DNA from: Sphingobacterium sp.
GTDB lineage: Bacteria; Bacteroidota; Bacteroidia; Sphingobacteriales; Sphingobacteriaceae
Assembly: GCA_050281725.1 (NCBI GenBank)
Contig: JBMAAL010000017.1
Location: 166 to 64,165 of the forward strand
Direction: 5' to 3'
Length of the DNA: 64,000 nucleotides
Shown here: piece by piece, positions 10,836 through 19,821 of the stretch
How positions within the stretch are numbered: the stretch's first letter is position 1
How the letters are laid out: every line of letters starts with the position of its first letter
Program-made: the position numbers and the translations under genes
Notes under the pieces: generated by a model
Told to the model about the DNA's origin: nothing
Seen by the model: the letters and a program-made list of their open reading frames with translations, nothing else
Database searches by the model: none

Positions 10836-10872
10836 AGAGTCCCTCCAAATAAATGGAAGGACTCTTTTTTTA
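10836..10872. terminator. bidirectional intrinsic terminator (tig / tamB)
   Basis: AGAGTCCCTCC-AAATAAAT-GGAAGGGACTCT hairpin, preceded by an A run and followed by TTTTTTT. Confidence 0.8.
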
Positions 10873-10886
10873 TTTAAAAAATTCGC

Positions 10887-12212
10887 TTATGCTAATTTCT
10901 CGAATTCTTTGTATTCAATGTCAGTAGCATTCAATTTCACTAAACCTTTCAAGTGATCAAATACTTTTAAAGCTTTAGCTTCTTCGAACAAACGATTACC
11001 TTGTTCTCTATCTTGCAACAATTGAATTGCAAATTGGTTCAACTGCTCATCAGAAGGCTCTTCGTTGATGTTGTACATCTTAATTTGCGCGTAGATACGT
11101 TCTTTTGCTAAATTGATAACTTCATCATATTTAACTTCAAGACCATTTTCAGTAACAACGCGGTTTTCGATGATCGTCCATTTCAAGTTGTTCAAGAAGT
11201 CAGCAAAGCCTTCGTTCAATTCTTCTTCAGAAATGCTTGGGTTAGTTGCTTTCAACCATCTTTTTAAGAATTCTTCAGGGAAAGATACATCAACTTTCTC
11301 CATACCAAAAGTATACATATCATTACGTAATCTTTGATCTGAATTTTGTTTGAATAAGTTCTCAACTTCTTCTTTCACTTTTTCTGTGAATTGAGCTTCT
11401 TCGGTTACTTCACCTTCTGCGAATAATTTATCGAAAAATTCTTGGTTAAGATCAGCTTCCTCTAAACGGTTGATATTCTTAACAGTCAATTCAAATTTAG
11501 TGACGTCTAAAGCAGTTGCCTCCTCTTCAGTAATACCTAAGATACGTGCTAAATCTTCAGTTTTGAATGCTTTTTTAACATCAATCTTAACAACATCGTC
11601 CTTTTTAAGACCAACTAATGATTTTTTGATCTTAGCATCTTCTACGATATCTGTACGGATAGAAGTTGTTTTTTCTAGACCTTCCTCTTTATCTTGTTTC
11701 AATGTTGCATACAATACATCACCTTCTTCAGATACTTCTGGATTAGTCATTTTTCCATAGCTACGACGCAAATTCTTGATACGATCTGCCAATGTCTCTT
11801 CATCAGCTTTGATTTCGTACGAAGTAAATTCAGTCTCAGCAGTAAAAGGTAATTCAAAAGCAGGAGCAAGACCAATTTCATATTTGAAGTTGAAATTGTC
11901 TTTATAATCCCAGCTGTATTGTGCATCATCTTCCAAAGGAAGTGGTTGACCTAAAACTTCTAATTTATTTTCAGCAATATAATTGGTGATTTTCTCATTC
12001 ACTAATTTATTGATCTCATCAAATAAAATAGATTTACCATAAGTACGTCTGATATGTCCCACAGGAACTTGACCTGGACGGAACCCTGGTAATTTTGCTT
12101 TTTTAGCTTGCGCTTTAATCTCTTTGTCGACTTGAGGATTATAATCTTCAGGTGCTAATGCGACGTTGACTACCGCATTGATTGCATCTACATTCTCGTG
12201 TGAAATATTCAT
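10887..12212 (-). CDS. tig: trigger factor
   Basis: 441 aa. N-terminal ribosome-binding region with GFRPGQVPVGHIRRTYGKSI, and an acidic helical C-terminal domain. Confidence 0.93.
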   Translation of the reverse strand: MNISHENVDAINAVVNVALAPEDYNPQVDKEIKAQAKKAKLPGFRPGQVPVGHIRRTYGKSILFDEINKLVNEKITNYIAENKLEVLGQPLPLEDDAQYSWDYKDNFNFKYEIGLAPAFELPFTAETEFTSYEIKADEETLADRIKNLRRSYGKMTNPEVSEEGDVLYATLKQDKEEGLEKTTSIRTDIVEDAKIKKSLVGLKKDDVVKIDVKKAFKTEDLARILGITEEEATALDVTKFELTVKNINRLEEADLNQEFFDKLFAEGEVTEEAQFTEKVKEEVENLFKQNSDQRLRNDMYTFGMEKVDVSFPEEFLKRWLKATNPSISEEELNEGFADFLNNLKWTIIENRVVTENGLEVKYDEVINLAKERIYAQIKMYNINEEPSDEQLNQFAIQLLQDREQGNRLFEEAKALKVFDHLKGLVKLNATDIEYKEFEKLA

Positions 12213-12240
12213 ACTCTTTTTAGCTATATCGCATTCATAA

Positions 12241-12271
12241 AAAAATCCTCCCGAGGTTTTAAGTTCGGGAG
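12241..12271 (-). terminator. intrinsic terminator after tRNA-Leu
   Basis: Stem CCTCCCGA/TCGGGAGG (12247-12271), followed on the minus strand by ATTTTTTT. Confidence 0.6.
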
Positions 12272-12280
12272 GACATCAAG

Positions 12281-12362
12281 TGCGGAAGAAGGGACTCGAA
12301 CCCCCACGCCTTGCGGCGCCAGATCCTAAGTCTGGTGCGGCTACCAATTACGCCACTTCCGC
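12281..12362 (-). tRNA. tRNA-Leu (anticodon TAG)
   Basis: The reverse complement folds as a cloverleaf. Acceptor is GCGGAAG/CTTCCGC plus discriminator A, the anticodon arm is CCAGA-CTTAGGA-TCTGG, the long variable arm is CGCCGCAAGGCGT and the T loop is TTCGAGT. No CCA is encoded. Confidence 0.93.
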
Positions 12363-12479
12363 ATTAGGATTTCTTTTGATGCCACAAAGATAGAAACCAA
12401 ACCTATATCCTGCAAGTATTTTCTACTCTTTTTTTTATTTTTTTTCAATATTCTCCCAACCCCTTGCATAATTCATTAT

Positions 12480-12512
12480 TATTCATTTACTTTGAATATC
12501 AAAGTACTTTTA
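12480..12512. promoter_or_regulatory. 33-nt conserved box, copy 1 (palindrome TACTTTG-N5-CAAAGTA)
   Basis: TATTCATTTACTTTGAATATCAAAGTACTTTTA is 31/33 identical to 13429-13461. It ends on the A of the ATG at 12512. Confidence 0.6.
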
Positions 12513-13123
12513 TGGAACAGAAAGATTTATTTAGAGAACTTGGACAGATCAGATCATTAATGGAAAAATCGTCCAAATTTGTTTCAATAAGCGGATTATC
12601 AGGTGTACTCATGGGCTGTTATGCTTTACTGGGAACGCTATTGGGATACTATATTCTACATCAAACCGAAAGTACCGCGCTACTATTGGGCAAAAATCTG
12701 AATAGGCCCCTACTGTTTTTAATGATTGCGCTCATAGTCCTCTTATCATCCCTGGTGACCGGCTGGCTAATGGCACGTAAAAAGGCTAGAAAAAATAAGC
12801 AGTCGATTTGGAACATTACGAGCAAATCTCTTTTATTTGCAGTTTCAATCCCCTTGCTAACTGGTGGCATGATATCCTCGTTGTTTTTTGTCCAAGGCTA
12901 CTACCAGCTCATTGCTGCTATGCTTCTGATTTTTTATGGACTTGCACTAACTGCGGGTAGTATCTATACCTTTGCCGAAGCAAAAGGCTTGGGAATACTG
13001 GAAATCTGCTTGGGTTTGATTGGCATATGTTTTCCAGAAAACGGATTACTATTGTGGGGATTGGGATTTGGTGTGTTACACATCATCTATGGTTTTATCG
13101 TTTACAAAAAGTACGAATCGTGA
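12512..13123 (+). CDS. hypothetical multi-pass membrane protein
   Basis: About 5 hydrophobic helices. The ATG at 12512 is chosen over the TTG at 12464, which would read through the conserved box. The stop overlaps the next gene's GTG (GTGA). Confidence 0.65.
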   Translation: MEQKDLFRELGQIRSLMEKSSKFVSISGLSGVLMGCYALLGTLLGYYILHQTESTALLLGKNLNRPLLFLMIALIVLLSSLVTGWLMARKKARKNKQSIWNITSKSLLFAVSIPLLTGGMISSLFFVQGYYQLIAAMLLIFYGLALTAGSIYTFAEAKGLGILEICLGLIGICFPENGLLLWGLGFGVLHIIYGFIVYKKYES

Positions 13124-13422
13124 AATTAGATCTTTCCTTATATGACAAAATATTTGAAAACAGAGTTCGCCTCCAAATTATGAGTGTTCTCGCCGCCAAT
13201 GAAGAATATGATTTTAATTCATTGAAAGAATTGTTGGATGTAACCGACGGTAACCTTGCTTCCAACCTAAAAACATTGGAGAAAGAGGAATACATTAGTG
13301 TTGAAAAAAGCTTTGTAGACCGGAAGCCGAACACCCGATACAAAAGAACGGCAAAAGGACTTAAAGCCTTTGAAAATCACCTTATTGCACTTGAAAATTT
13401 AATAAAACAACAATACAAATAA
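13120..13422 (+). CDS. small winged-helix transcriptional regulator (HTH_34/ArsR-like)
   Basis: RLQIMSVLAANEEYDFNSLKELLDVTDGNLASNLKTLEKEEYISV...KPNTRYKRTAKGLKAFENHL is a typical ~100-aa wHTH. The GTG at 13120 overlaps the upstream TGA by 4 nt. The ATG at 13027 would overlap the previous gene by 97 nt. Confidence 0.7.
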   Translation: MKLDLSLYDKIFENRVRLQIMSVLAANEEYDFNSLKELLDVTDGNLASNLKTLEKEEYISVEKSFVDRKPNTRYKRTAKGLKAFENHLIALENLIKQQYK

Positions 13423-13428
13423 TTTTTT

Positions 13429-13461
13429 TATTCATTTACTTTGAAAACCAAAGTACTTTTA
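13429..13461. promoter_or_regulatory. 33-nt conserved box, copy 2
   Basis: TATTCATTTACTTTGAAAACCAAAGTACTTTTA, 12 nt upstream of the ATG at 13474. Confidence 0.6.
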
Positions 13462-13473
13462 AAACATGATTAA

Positions 13474-13965
13474 ATGAAAGGAATTCGATTAAAACTGATG
13501 CTGCACCTCTACAATTGGTCTTCCAAAGTATATGCAAACATCTTTAAATGGAACAAAAAAGCTTGGGGAATATCTAAGGCAGATTTTATGACCTACCCCG
13601 TTGGAAGCATCGGCCATAATCTGGGGCTCTTTTATGAAAGTAAAGGTTTCGATGTCATGCCCAAACTGGAAAATCACGATGTATTTCATATCCTGACTGA
13701 AACCGGAACAGAGATACAAGATGAAATTGCCATGCAATTCCTCTTACTTGGTAATGGAAAGATCAGCCTCTATCTCATGGCAATGATTTTTATTGGCGGA
13801 ATCTTATTTCCCGAGCATTTCGGTTATTACAAAAGACATTTTCAGAAAGGTCGATCGCTCCAAAACTTTCATCATTTAGAATTTAAAGAAATCCTTCATT
13901 GGCAATTAACGGAGCTTCAAATTGCCTTATACAGTAAAAATATTCAAATAGATTTAAACAACTAA
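13474..13965 (+). CDS. Coq4-family-like protein (HDxxH-x11-E motif)
   Basis: HDVFHILTETGTEIQDE has exactly the Coq4 zinc-ligand spacing. 163 aa with a hydrophobic stretch (LYLMAMIFIGGILF). Confidence 0.55.
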   Translation: MKGIRLKLMLHLYNWSSKVYANIFKWNKKAWGISKADFMTYPVGSIGHNLGLFYESKGFDVMPKLENHDVFHILTETGTEIQDEIAMQFLLLGNGKISLYLMAMIFIGGILFPEHFGYYKRHFQKGRSLQNFHHLEFKEILHWQLTELQIALYSKNIQIDLNN

Positions 13966-13969
13966 AATC

Positions 13970-15436
13970 ATGGACTACAACAATTCATCACCGATAGAGC
14001 AATCCTCATTTTTTGAGAAAATCAGTAATTCCACTGTCCTAAAGTTATTTGTCATTTTCTTTCTTTCCCTGATATTGCTCATTCCACTTTCGTTAATAAG
14101 CGATTTAATCGAAGAACGGAAAAATAGGGAACAGGAAGTTTCTGGCGGTATTGCATTAAACTGGGGAAAGGAGCAGGTTATTTCCAGTCCTGTGTTAGCT
14201 ATCCCCTATCGCGAGACTATACCACTTTCTGCCGAAAAAGCCGAAAAATCTAACCTTAGAGAAGAGCTGAAATGGATATTTGTCTTACCCAAAACATCCA
14301 ATATCACAACCGATATAACGCCACAGCATCTCTCTCGAGGTATTTATAATGCCGTAGTTTACAACAGCAACATCACATTAGATGGTTCTTTTGACAAAAT
14401 ATCCCTAGAAAAACTCGAGATCCCAAATGAGCAAATTGACTGGAAAGGCAGTAAGCTTATTTTCGGCATCCAGGATTTTAAAGGCTTAGGTAAGCGCCCG
14501 TCCTTGAATTGGGATGGCAATGAATTGACTTTCGACCCAGACTTTAATAATCTCAAATTATTTACTCAAAATTTAGTCTGTCCTGTACCCTTGGATCCGC
14601 AGAAAACGGACAATCGTTTTAAGATAAAACTAAATCTAAAAGGATCCAAATCATTGAATTTTCTTCCGCTGGGTGATCAGACAAACATCCAGGCTAAGGG
14701 CAACTGGGCTAATCCAAGTTTCACAGGTGCATTCTTACCGGGCAAACGTAATACCGAAACCTCCAATTTTTCGGCTTCCTGGGAAATCCCTTCTTTCAGT
14801 CGGAAGCTGCCACAACAATGGACAGGCGATGCCCGTTCGATCTTTCAGTTCGATAACAACCTCGAAAATGGAAATGAGGGCAATGAGCAAAAGTCAGCAC
14901 AAACCGTCAGCACTACAATTGCCTCTGCAAATAACCTATTGGATAACGCAGACATGATTACAATTAACTTCCTACCAGATATCAATAACTATCAAAAAAC
15001 AACACGGGTCGCCAAATATGGTATTTTAGTTATTATCCTGACCTTTACTTCGCTCCTATTCACCGAGGTGATCAAGAAAAAACGGATCCATATCATCCAA
15101 TATATTCTGATTGGAGCAGCAATGGTTCTTTTCTATACATTGCTACTCGCGCTATCCGAGCATATTGGATTTAATCTAGCTTATTTAACGGCTTCCTTCG
15201 CTACAGTTATGTTGATTGGCAGTTTCATTAAATCAATTACCAAAGACCAAAAATCGGCGTTGCTACTGAGTTCAATTCTAGGTTTATTTTATCTTTTTAT
15301 CTATATCCTCATGCAACTTCGGGATTATTCACTTATCGCTGGAACAATTGGCATCTTTATCATTTTGGCGATTTTGATGCGCGTTTCAACAAAAATAAAC
15401 TGGTATCAATTTGACAATAGCCATGTGGATCAATAG
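13970..15436 (+). CDS. creD: cell envelope integrity protein CreD
   Basis: N-terminal TM followed by LISDLIEERKNREQEV, a large periplasmic middle and a cluster of about 5 C-terminal TM helices. 488 aa; starts 4 nt after the previous stop. Confidence 0.75.
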   Translation: MDYNNSSPIEQSSFFEKISNSTVLKLFVIFFLSLILLIPLSLISDLIEERKNREQEVSGGIALNWGKEQVISSPVLAIPYRETIPLSAEKAEKSNLREELKWIFVLPKTSNITTDITPQHLSRGIYNAVVYNSNITLDGSFDKISLEKLEIPNEQIDWKGSKLIFGIQDFKGLGKRPSLNWDGNELTFDPDFNNLKLFTQNLVCPVPLDPQKTDNRFKIKLNLKGSKSLNFLPLGDQTNIQAKGNWANPSFTGAFLPGKRNTETSNFSASWEIPSFSRKLPQQWTGDARSIFQFDNNLENGNEGNEQKSAQTVSTTIASANNLLDNADMITINFLPDINNYQKTTRVAKYGILVIILTFTSLLFTEVIKKKRIHIIQYILIGAAMVLFYTLLLALSEHIGFNLAYLTASFATVMLIGSFIKSITKDQKSALLLSSILGLFYLFIYILMQLRDYSLIAGTIGIFIILAILMRVSTKINWYQFDNSHVDQ

Positions 15437-15506
15437 ACAACATCTTCGACTTTATTGGTTATTGATTCAGATACTATTAAAAAAATAAGGATTTACAATT
15501 CTAATA

Positions 15507-15541
15507 AGCCATTTCTAAATGAAAGAGATGGCTATTTTTTT
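15507..15541 (+). terminator. intrinsic terminator after creD
   Basis: AGCCATTTC/GAGATGGCT stem (one G-U pair), 9-nt loop, then ATTTTTTT. Confidence 0.7.
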
Positions 15542-15604
15542 ACTCGACTTAGCATTTATGACCAAATTCTGTAACTTGCGAAGAAATTTTTCAGCGGCAT
15601 AGAT

Positions 15605-17698
15605 ATGTTTAAACAGATGAAAAAACTTACAATACTTACATTAGCGATTATGGCGTGTAACCTGAGCAATGCGCAAGAAAGCAAAGACGGAAAAAACAAT
15701 TTTAAATTAGTGTCGGAATCGCCACAACCAATCAACCCAAGTACGCTTTGGGATCTTGGTCGTGTTTCAGCCGAAGGACTCTCTGCAGATGGCAAAACAT
15801 TGGTATATGGTGTTTCCAATTATAATCTGGAGAGCAATTCAAGTGAAAAAAATCTCTATACTGTTTCACTCACAAACGGGACTGGCAGTCAGTTCACTGA
15901 CCAAAAAGGTGGTGAAACAGTCGTTAAGATCGAACCAAATGGCGACGTCATTTATTTGTTAAAGGGGCAGTTATGGAAGAAGAACCTAACTAAGGGGGAA
16001 GCACTTCAATTAACAAATGGCGATATCGCCTTAGAAAATGTCAAATTTTCGCCAGATGGTAAGCAAATACTCTTCAGCCAGTCCGTTCTTGTAAAAAAAT
16101 ACCACAGCACGGATAAATATCCCGAACTACCAAAGTCAGACGTTTATATCTATGACAACTTAGATTACCGACATTGGGATACCTTCAATGATGGCAAGTT
16201 CAGTCATCCATTTGTGGCGAGTTATATTGATGGTAAAGTTGGCGAGCCGGTAGACCTATTAAAGGATCAAGCTTTCTATAGCCCTCAGGCACCATTTGGT
16301 GGCGCCGAAGATTTCGCCTGGTCTCCTGATAGCAAGGCGGTGCTCTATGTCTGTAAAAAGAAATTCGGAACAGATTATGCTGTCAGTACCAATACCGATA
16401 TTTATCGTTATGATATCGCTAGCGGAACGACGTCTAACCTGACAGAAGGAATGAATGGGTATGATACAGCCCCAACCTATTCACCCGATGGGAAAAGCCT
16501 AACGTGGCTCAGCATGAAGACCGATGGTTATGAATCGGACAAAAATGACATCATGCTATTTGACAAAAGCAGCTCGATTCGACTTAACCTAACAGCACAT
16601 TGGGATGGTACAATCAATAGTTTTATCTGGAGCAATGACAATCGAAAAATCTATTTTACAGCTGCAACGAAAGGCACAGTTCAATTATTTGAACTTGAAG
16701 TACCGACCAATATCAAAGCTAAAAGTTTACCAAAAATACATCAAATTTCAGAAGGTGACTTTGACATCACCGGTATTGTAGGCCAAGTAGCGGACAAATT
16801 AATCGTTAGCTCGACAAAGTTTACCCGTGCAACAGAAATCTTCAGCTTTGATCTAAAAACCAAATCTTTAACTCCAGTTACGAAGGTCAACGATACAAAA
16901 TACGCAAGCATCAGCGAAAACAAAATTGAAAAACGTATCACAAAGGCATCCGATGGAGCAGATCTGTTTTCATGGGTAATCTATCCACCAAGCTTCGACC
17001 CTGCAAAAAAATACCCAACCATACTTTACTGTGAAGGTGGCCCTCAATCTGCCCTGACGCAATTTTACTCCTTCCGTTGGAATTTACAATTGATCGCATC
17101 ACAAGGTTATATTGTCATCGCTCCAAACCGCAGGGGTATGCCTGGCTGGGGCGTTAAATGGAATGAAGCTATTTCTCAGGACTGGGGCGGTCAGCCAATC
17201 CGGGATTACTTGGCAGCCATAGACGATATCTCCAAAGAATCCTATGTAGATACAACTCGTCGCGCGGCGATTGGAGCTAGTTATGGAGGATACTCCGTTT
17301 ACCAATTAGCAGGCGTGCATCAAAACCGCTTCAAAACATTCATTGCGCACAACGGTTTGTTCGATATGAGAAGCTGGTACGGCACCACAGAAGAACTCTT
17401 TTTCGCCAATCACGAACTGGGCGGAGCGTACTGGGATAGCAAAAATGAGAAATCCTATACAGCATTCAACCCCATTGAAAAAGCAAATAATTGGCACACG
17501 CCAATTTTGATCTTTCAAGGTGGAAAAGATTATCGTGTTCCAATCGGACAAGGGTTAGCTGCATTCCAATTGGCTCAACTCAAAAAAATTAAGAGCCGCC
17601 TGGTCTACCTACCGGATGAAAATCACTGGGTACTGTCAGGACAAAACGCACAAGTTTGGCAAAGAGAATTCTTTACCTGGCTTAAAGAAACTTTATAA
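15605..17698 (+). CDS. S9 family serine peptidase (prolyl oligopeptidase/DPP-like)
   Basis: Signal peptide, beta-propeller-like N-terminal half, nucleophile elbow GASYGGYS, and C-terminal D...H (LPDENHWV). Confidence 0.88.
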   Translation: MFKQMKKLTILTLAIMACNLSNAQESKDGKNNFKLVSESPQPINPSTLWDLGRVSAEGLSADGKTLVYGVSNYNLESNSSEKNLYTVSLTNGTGSQFTDQKGGETVVKIEPNGDVIYLLKGQLWKKNLTKGEALQLTNGDIALENVKFSPDGKQILFSQSVLVKKYHSTDKYPELPKSDVYIYDNLDYRHWDTFNDGKFSHPFVASYIDGKVGEPVDLLKDQAFYSPQAPFGGAEDFAWSPDSKAVLYVCKKKFGTDYAVSTNTDIYRYDIASGTTSNLTEGMNGYDTAPTYSPDGKSLTWLSMKTDGYESDKNDIMLFDKSSSIRLNLTAHWDGTINSFIWSNDNRKIYFTAATKGTVQLFELEVPTNIKAKSLPKIHQISEGDFDITGIVGQVADKLIVSSTKFTRATEIFSFDLKTKSLTPVTKVNDTKYASISENKIEKRITKASDGADLFSWVIYPPSFDPAKKYPTILYCEGGPQSALTQFYSFRWNLQLIASQGYIVIAPNRRGMPGWGVKWNEAISQDWGGQPIRDYLAAIDDISKESYVDTTRRAAIGASYGGYSVYQLAGVHQNRFKTFIAHNGLFDMRSWYGTTEELFFANHELGGAYWDSKNEKSYTAFNPIEKANNWHTPILIFQGGKDYRVPIGQGLAAFQLAQLKKIKSRLVYLPDENHWVLSGQNAQVWQREFFTWLKETL

Positions 17699-17810
17699 CG
17701 AGGCGTGCAAAATCCGCTTGCAAAATCATGTATTTTCGCAACTGACAAAGTCGACCTTCACCTGTTGAAATTCCAAAAAGCGTTACTCAGGGAGTGGACA
17801 TATGAAAACA

Positions 17811-17837
17811 AAAAAGCCTGCTATATGCAGGCTTTTT
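17811..17837. terminator. bidirectional intrinsic terminator
   Basis: AAAAAGCCTGC-TATAT-GCAGGCTTTTT between convergent genes. Confidence 0.8.
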
Positions 17838-17867
17838 ATGTCTACTATTTGATCTGATTGCTGAAAT

Positions 17868-18815
17868 CTATTTCTCGCCCTTTTTTCCAAAGATGGAAAG
17901 TTTGATATATTTCCCAGGTTTCTCTTTCACGTCCTTCATCAAATTATCCATTTCCTTAGAAGCATTATTCAGATTATTGTATAACGCTTCGTCATTTAAC
18001 AATAAACCAATAGATCCTTTACCACTATTGATTTTTCCGGTGATCTCCTGAAAATCATTGACTGCAGCATTTACTTTGTTCATGGTATGTTCAAAATCCA
18101 ATCGGGCGGCCTTATCTGTTATATTATTCAGATTAGACATGATCGCATTGATTTTCTCGCCATTTTGTGAAAAATTGGATGTAATTGATTCGAGGTTGGC
18201 CATGATCCGATTAAGTCTCCCCCTTTCATCCCCAACTAAACCTTCGACATCTTTGGTGATGCCTTCTACATTTTTCAAAGAAGTGGAAATACTATGAATA
18301 CTTCTTTTAAAGTCATCCTGAAACTGTTTGTCTAAGACATTATTGACAACCGATAACGTTGAATCCAGTTTAATGGTAATTGTTTCGATCCGTTTTTGAA
18401 TAGGTTCAACCTTATCCATAATATTCGGTTGAACACCTGAAGCTAAAAAATCGCCATCCTTTGCCAATTCCGTACTGTTGCCCATTTCGAAAACAATGGC
18501 CTTACTTCCCAACAAATCTGTGCTTGAGATCCGGGCAACTGTGTTCTTTGGAACGTCATAATGGGAGTGTATTTTGAACTCTGTCTTAATTTTACCATCA
18601 GGTTGAAGAATCATTTTTGATACACGTCCGATTTGATAACCATTCACTAAAACAGGTTTTGATGGAGTCAGACCATCTACAGTTTCGTAAGTTGTGTAAT
18701 ACGTGTTGTCGCTACTAAAAACATCATTTCCTTTTAGAAAGCTATATCCAATAAATAATAAAACTATTGCAACTGTTGCTAATATGCCGACTTTTGTCTC
18801 GTTTGAAATTTTCAC
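17868..18815 (-). CDS. MlaD/MCE family protein
   Basis: N-terminal ETKVGILATVAIVLLFIGYSFLKG anchor, an MCE domain (VNGYQIGRVSKM) and a coiled-coil C-terminal half. Confidence 0.82.
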   Translation of the reverse strand: MKISNETKVGILATVAIVLLFIGYSFLKGNDVFSSDNTYYTTYETVDGLTPSKPVLVNGYQIGRVSKMILQPDGKIKTEFKIHSHYDVPKNTVARISSTDLLGSKAIVFEMGNSTELAKDGDFLASGVQPNIMDKVEPIQKRIETITIKLDSTLSVVNNVLDKQFQDDFKRSIHSISTSLKNVEGITKDVEGLVGDERGRLNRIMANLESITSNFSQNGEKINAIMSNLNNITDKAARLDFEHTMNKVNAAVNDFQEITGKINSGKGSIGLLLNDEALYNNLNNASKEMDNLMKDVKEKPGKYIKLSIFGKKGEK

Positions 18816-18876
18816 AAATAATCTATTTAGTAGTGATCATTAATTTAAGTTTAAAACAGCATAAAAGCAAATCTGT

Positions 18877-19677
18877 TTAGCGTTCTACAGAATTTTTATA
18901 AATTTTCAGAGCCGAAACCAAATTATTGACAATCTCCTGTTGTCCCTCATCAGACAAAAGGTAACTCTCTTCTTCTCTATTACTAATGAAACCAATTTCT
19001 GTAAGCACAGCCGGCATACCTGCTTCAGCCAGCACAGCTAAGCCTTTCTCCCAGAATCCTCTGCTATATCGCCCTGCCTTCACATACTCACCTTCAATCA
19101 TCTGTGCCAAACGAATACTTTTTTCACGGAATCGGTTTTTCATCAAGGAGAAGATAATAGCGCTCTCAGGGTCTTTTGGATCAAATCCCTGATAATTTTC
19201 TTTATAATTTGATTCCAGTAACAAGGATGCATTTTCGCGAACTGCAGCATCTTGCTGTCCCAAACGATGCGAACCAGAGACCAATGTTTCGGTACCATGT
19301 GCACTAGCACCACTGGAATTACAGTGTATTGAAATAAATAAATCTGCTTTATTGGCATTCGCCAAGCGAATACGTTTGTAAAGCTCAACAAATTCATCTG
19401 TCGTTCTTGTGTAGACAATCTTGATACCTGGAATATCTTTCTGAATCTGCTTTCCCAATTTTAACGCAACTTCAAGGGCTACATTTTTCTCCAAAGATCG
19501 CCGCCCTTGTGCTCCGGTATCTTTACCTCCATGGCCCGCATCAATTACAATCGTTCTTATTTGATAGTCCGGAGGCACTGCTTGCCCATTGTTTAATGTG
19601 AAAGAATTCAATAAAAAAAATCCCAAAGTAGCAAACACAACGCTACACCATTTTCTAATTCTTAAATCTGATTTCAT
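18877..19677 (-). CDS. N-acetylmuramoyl-L-alanine amidase (Amidase_3)
   Basis: VIDAGHGGKDTGA, SIHCNS and LTEIGFISN motifs, plus a signal peptide. Confidence 0.9.
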   Translation of the reverse strand: MKSDLRIRKWCSVVFATLGFFLLNSFTLNNGQAVPPDYQIRTIVIDAGHGGKDTGAQGRRSLEKNVALEVALKLGKQIQKDIPGIKIVYTRTTDEFVELYKRIRLANANKADLFISIHCNSSGASAHGTETLVSGSHRLGQQDAAVRENASLLLESNYKENYQGFDPKDPESAIIFSLMKNRFREKSIRLAQMIEGEYVKAGRYSRGFWEKGLAVLAEAGMPAVLTEIGFISNREEESYLLSDEGQQEIVNNLVSALKIYKNSVER

Positions 19678-19776
19678 TGAATAATTATTTGCTCTACTAT
19701 AAACGAATCAAAATGAGTCTATATTATTTCTTTAATAGATAACGATATTTAACATATTTTCTATTGCTTTTTTGAC

Positions 19777-19784
19777 TAATTTTG
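19777..19784 (+). promoter_or_regulatory. candidate -7 promoter box for the LptD-like gene
   Basis: TAATTTTG matches TAnnTTTG, 37 nt upstream of the start. Motif-only call. Confidence 0.3.
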
Positions 19785-19821
19785 TCTCTCGAAGTTTAAC
19801 ATTATTTCACAAAAATAACAT

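Noticed and set aside
12464-12511. TTG start at 12464 for the membrane protein (likewise 30108 for the secreted protein, 27769 for tex, 22766 for cinA, 24150 for E2, 43750 for nanA, 48736 for the GntR regulator, 61219 for PepSY-TM)
   Set aside because: The extensions read through regulatory boxes, terminators or the upstream gene. Internal ATGs give canonical N-termini or signal peptides.
13027-13119. Upstream ATG start for the wHTH regulator (131-aa version in the ORF track)
   Set aside because: It would overlap the preceding membrane-protein gene by 97 nt and add a non-homologous N-terminus. The GTG at 13120 gives the family-typical ~100-aa protein.
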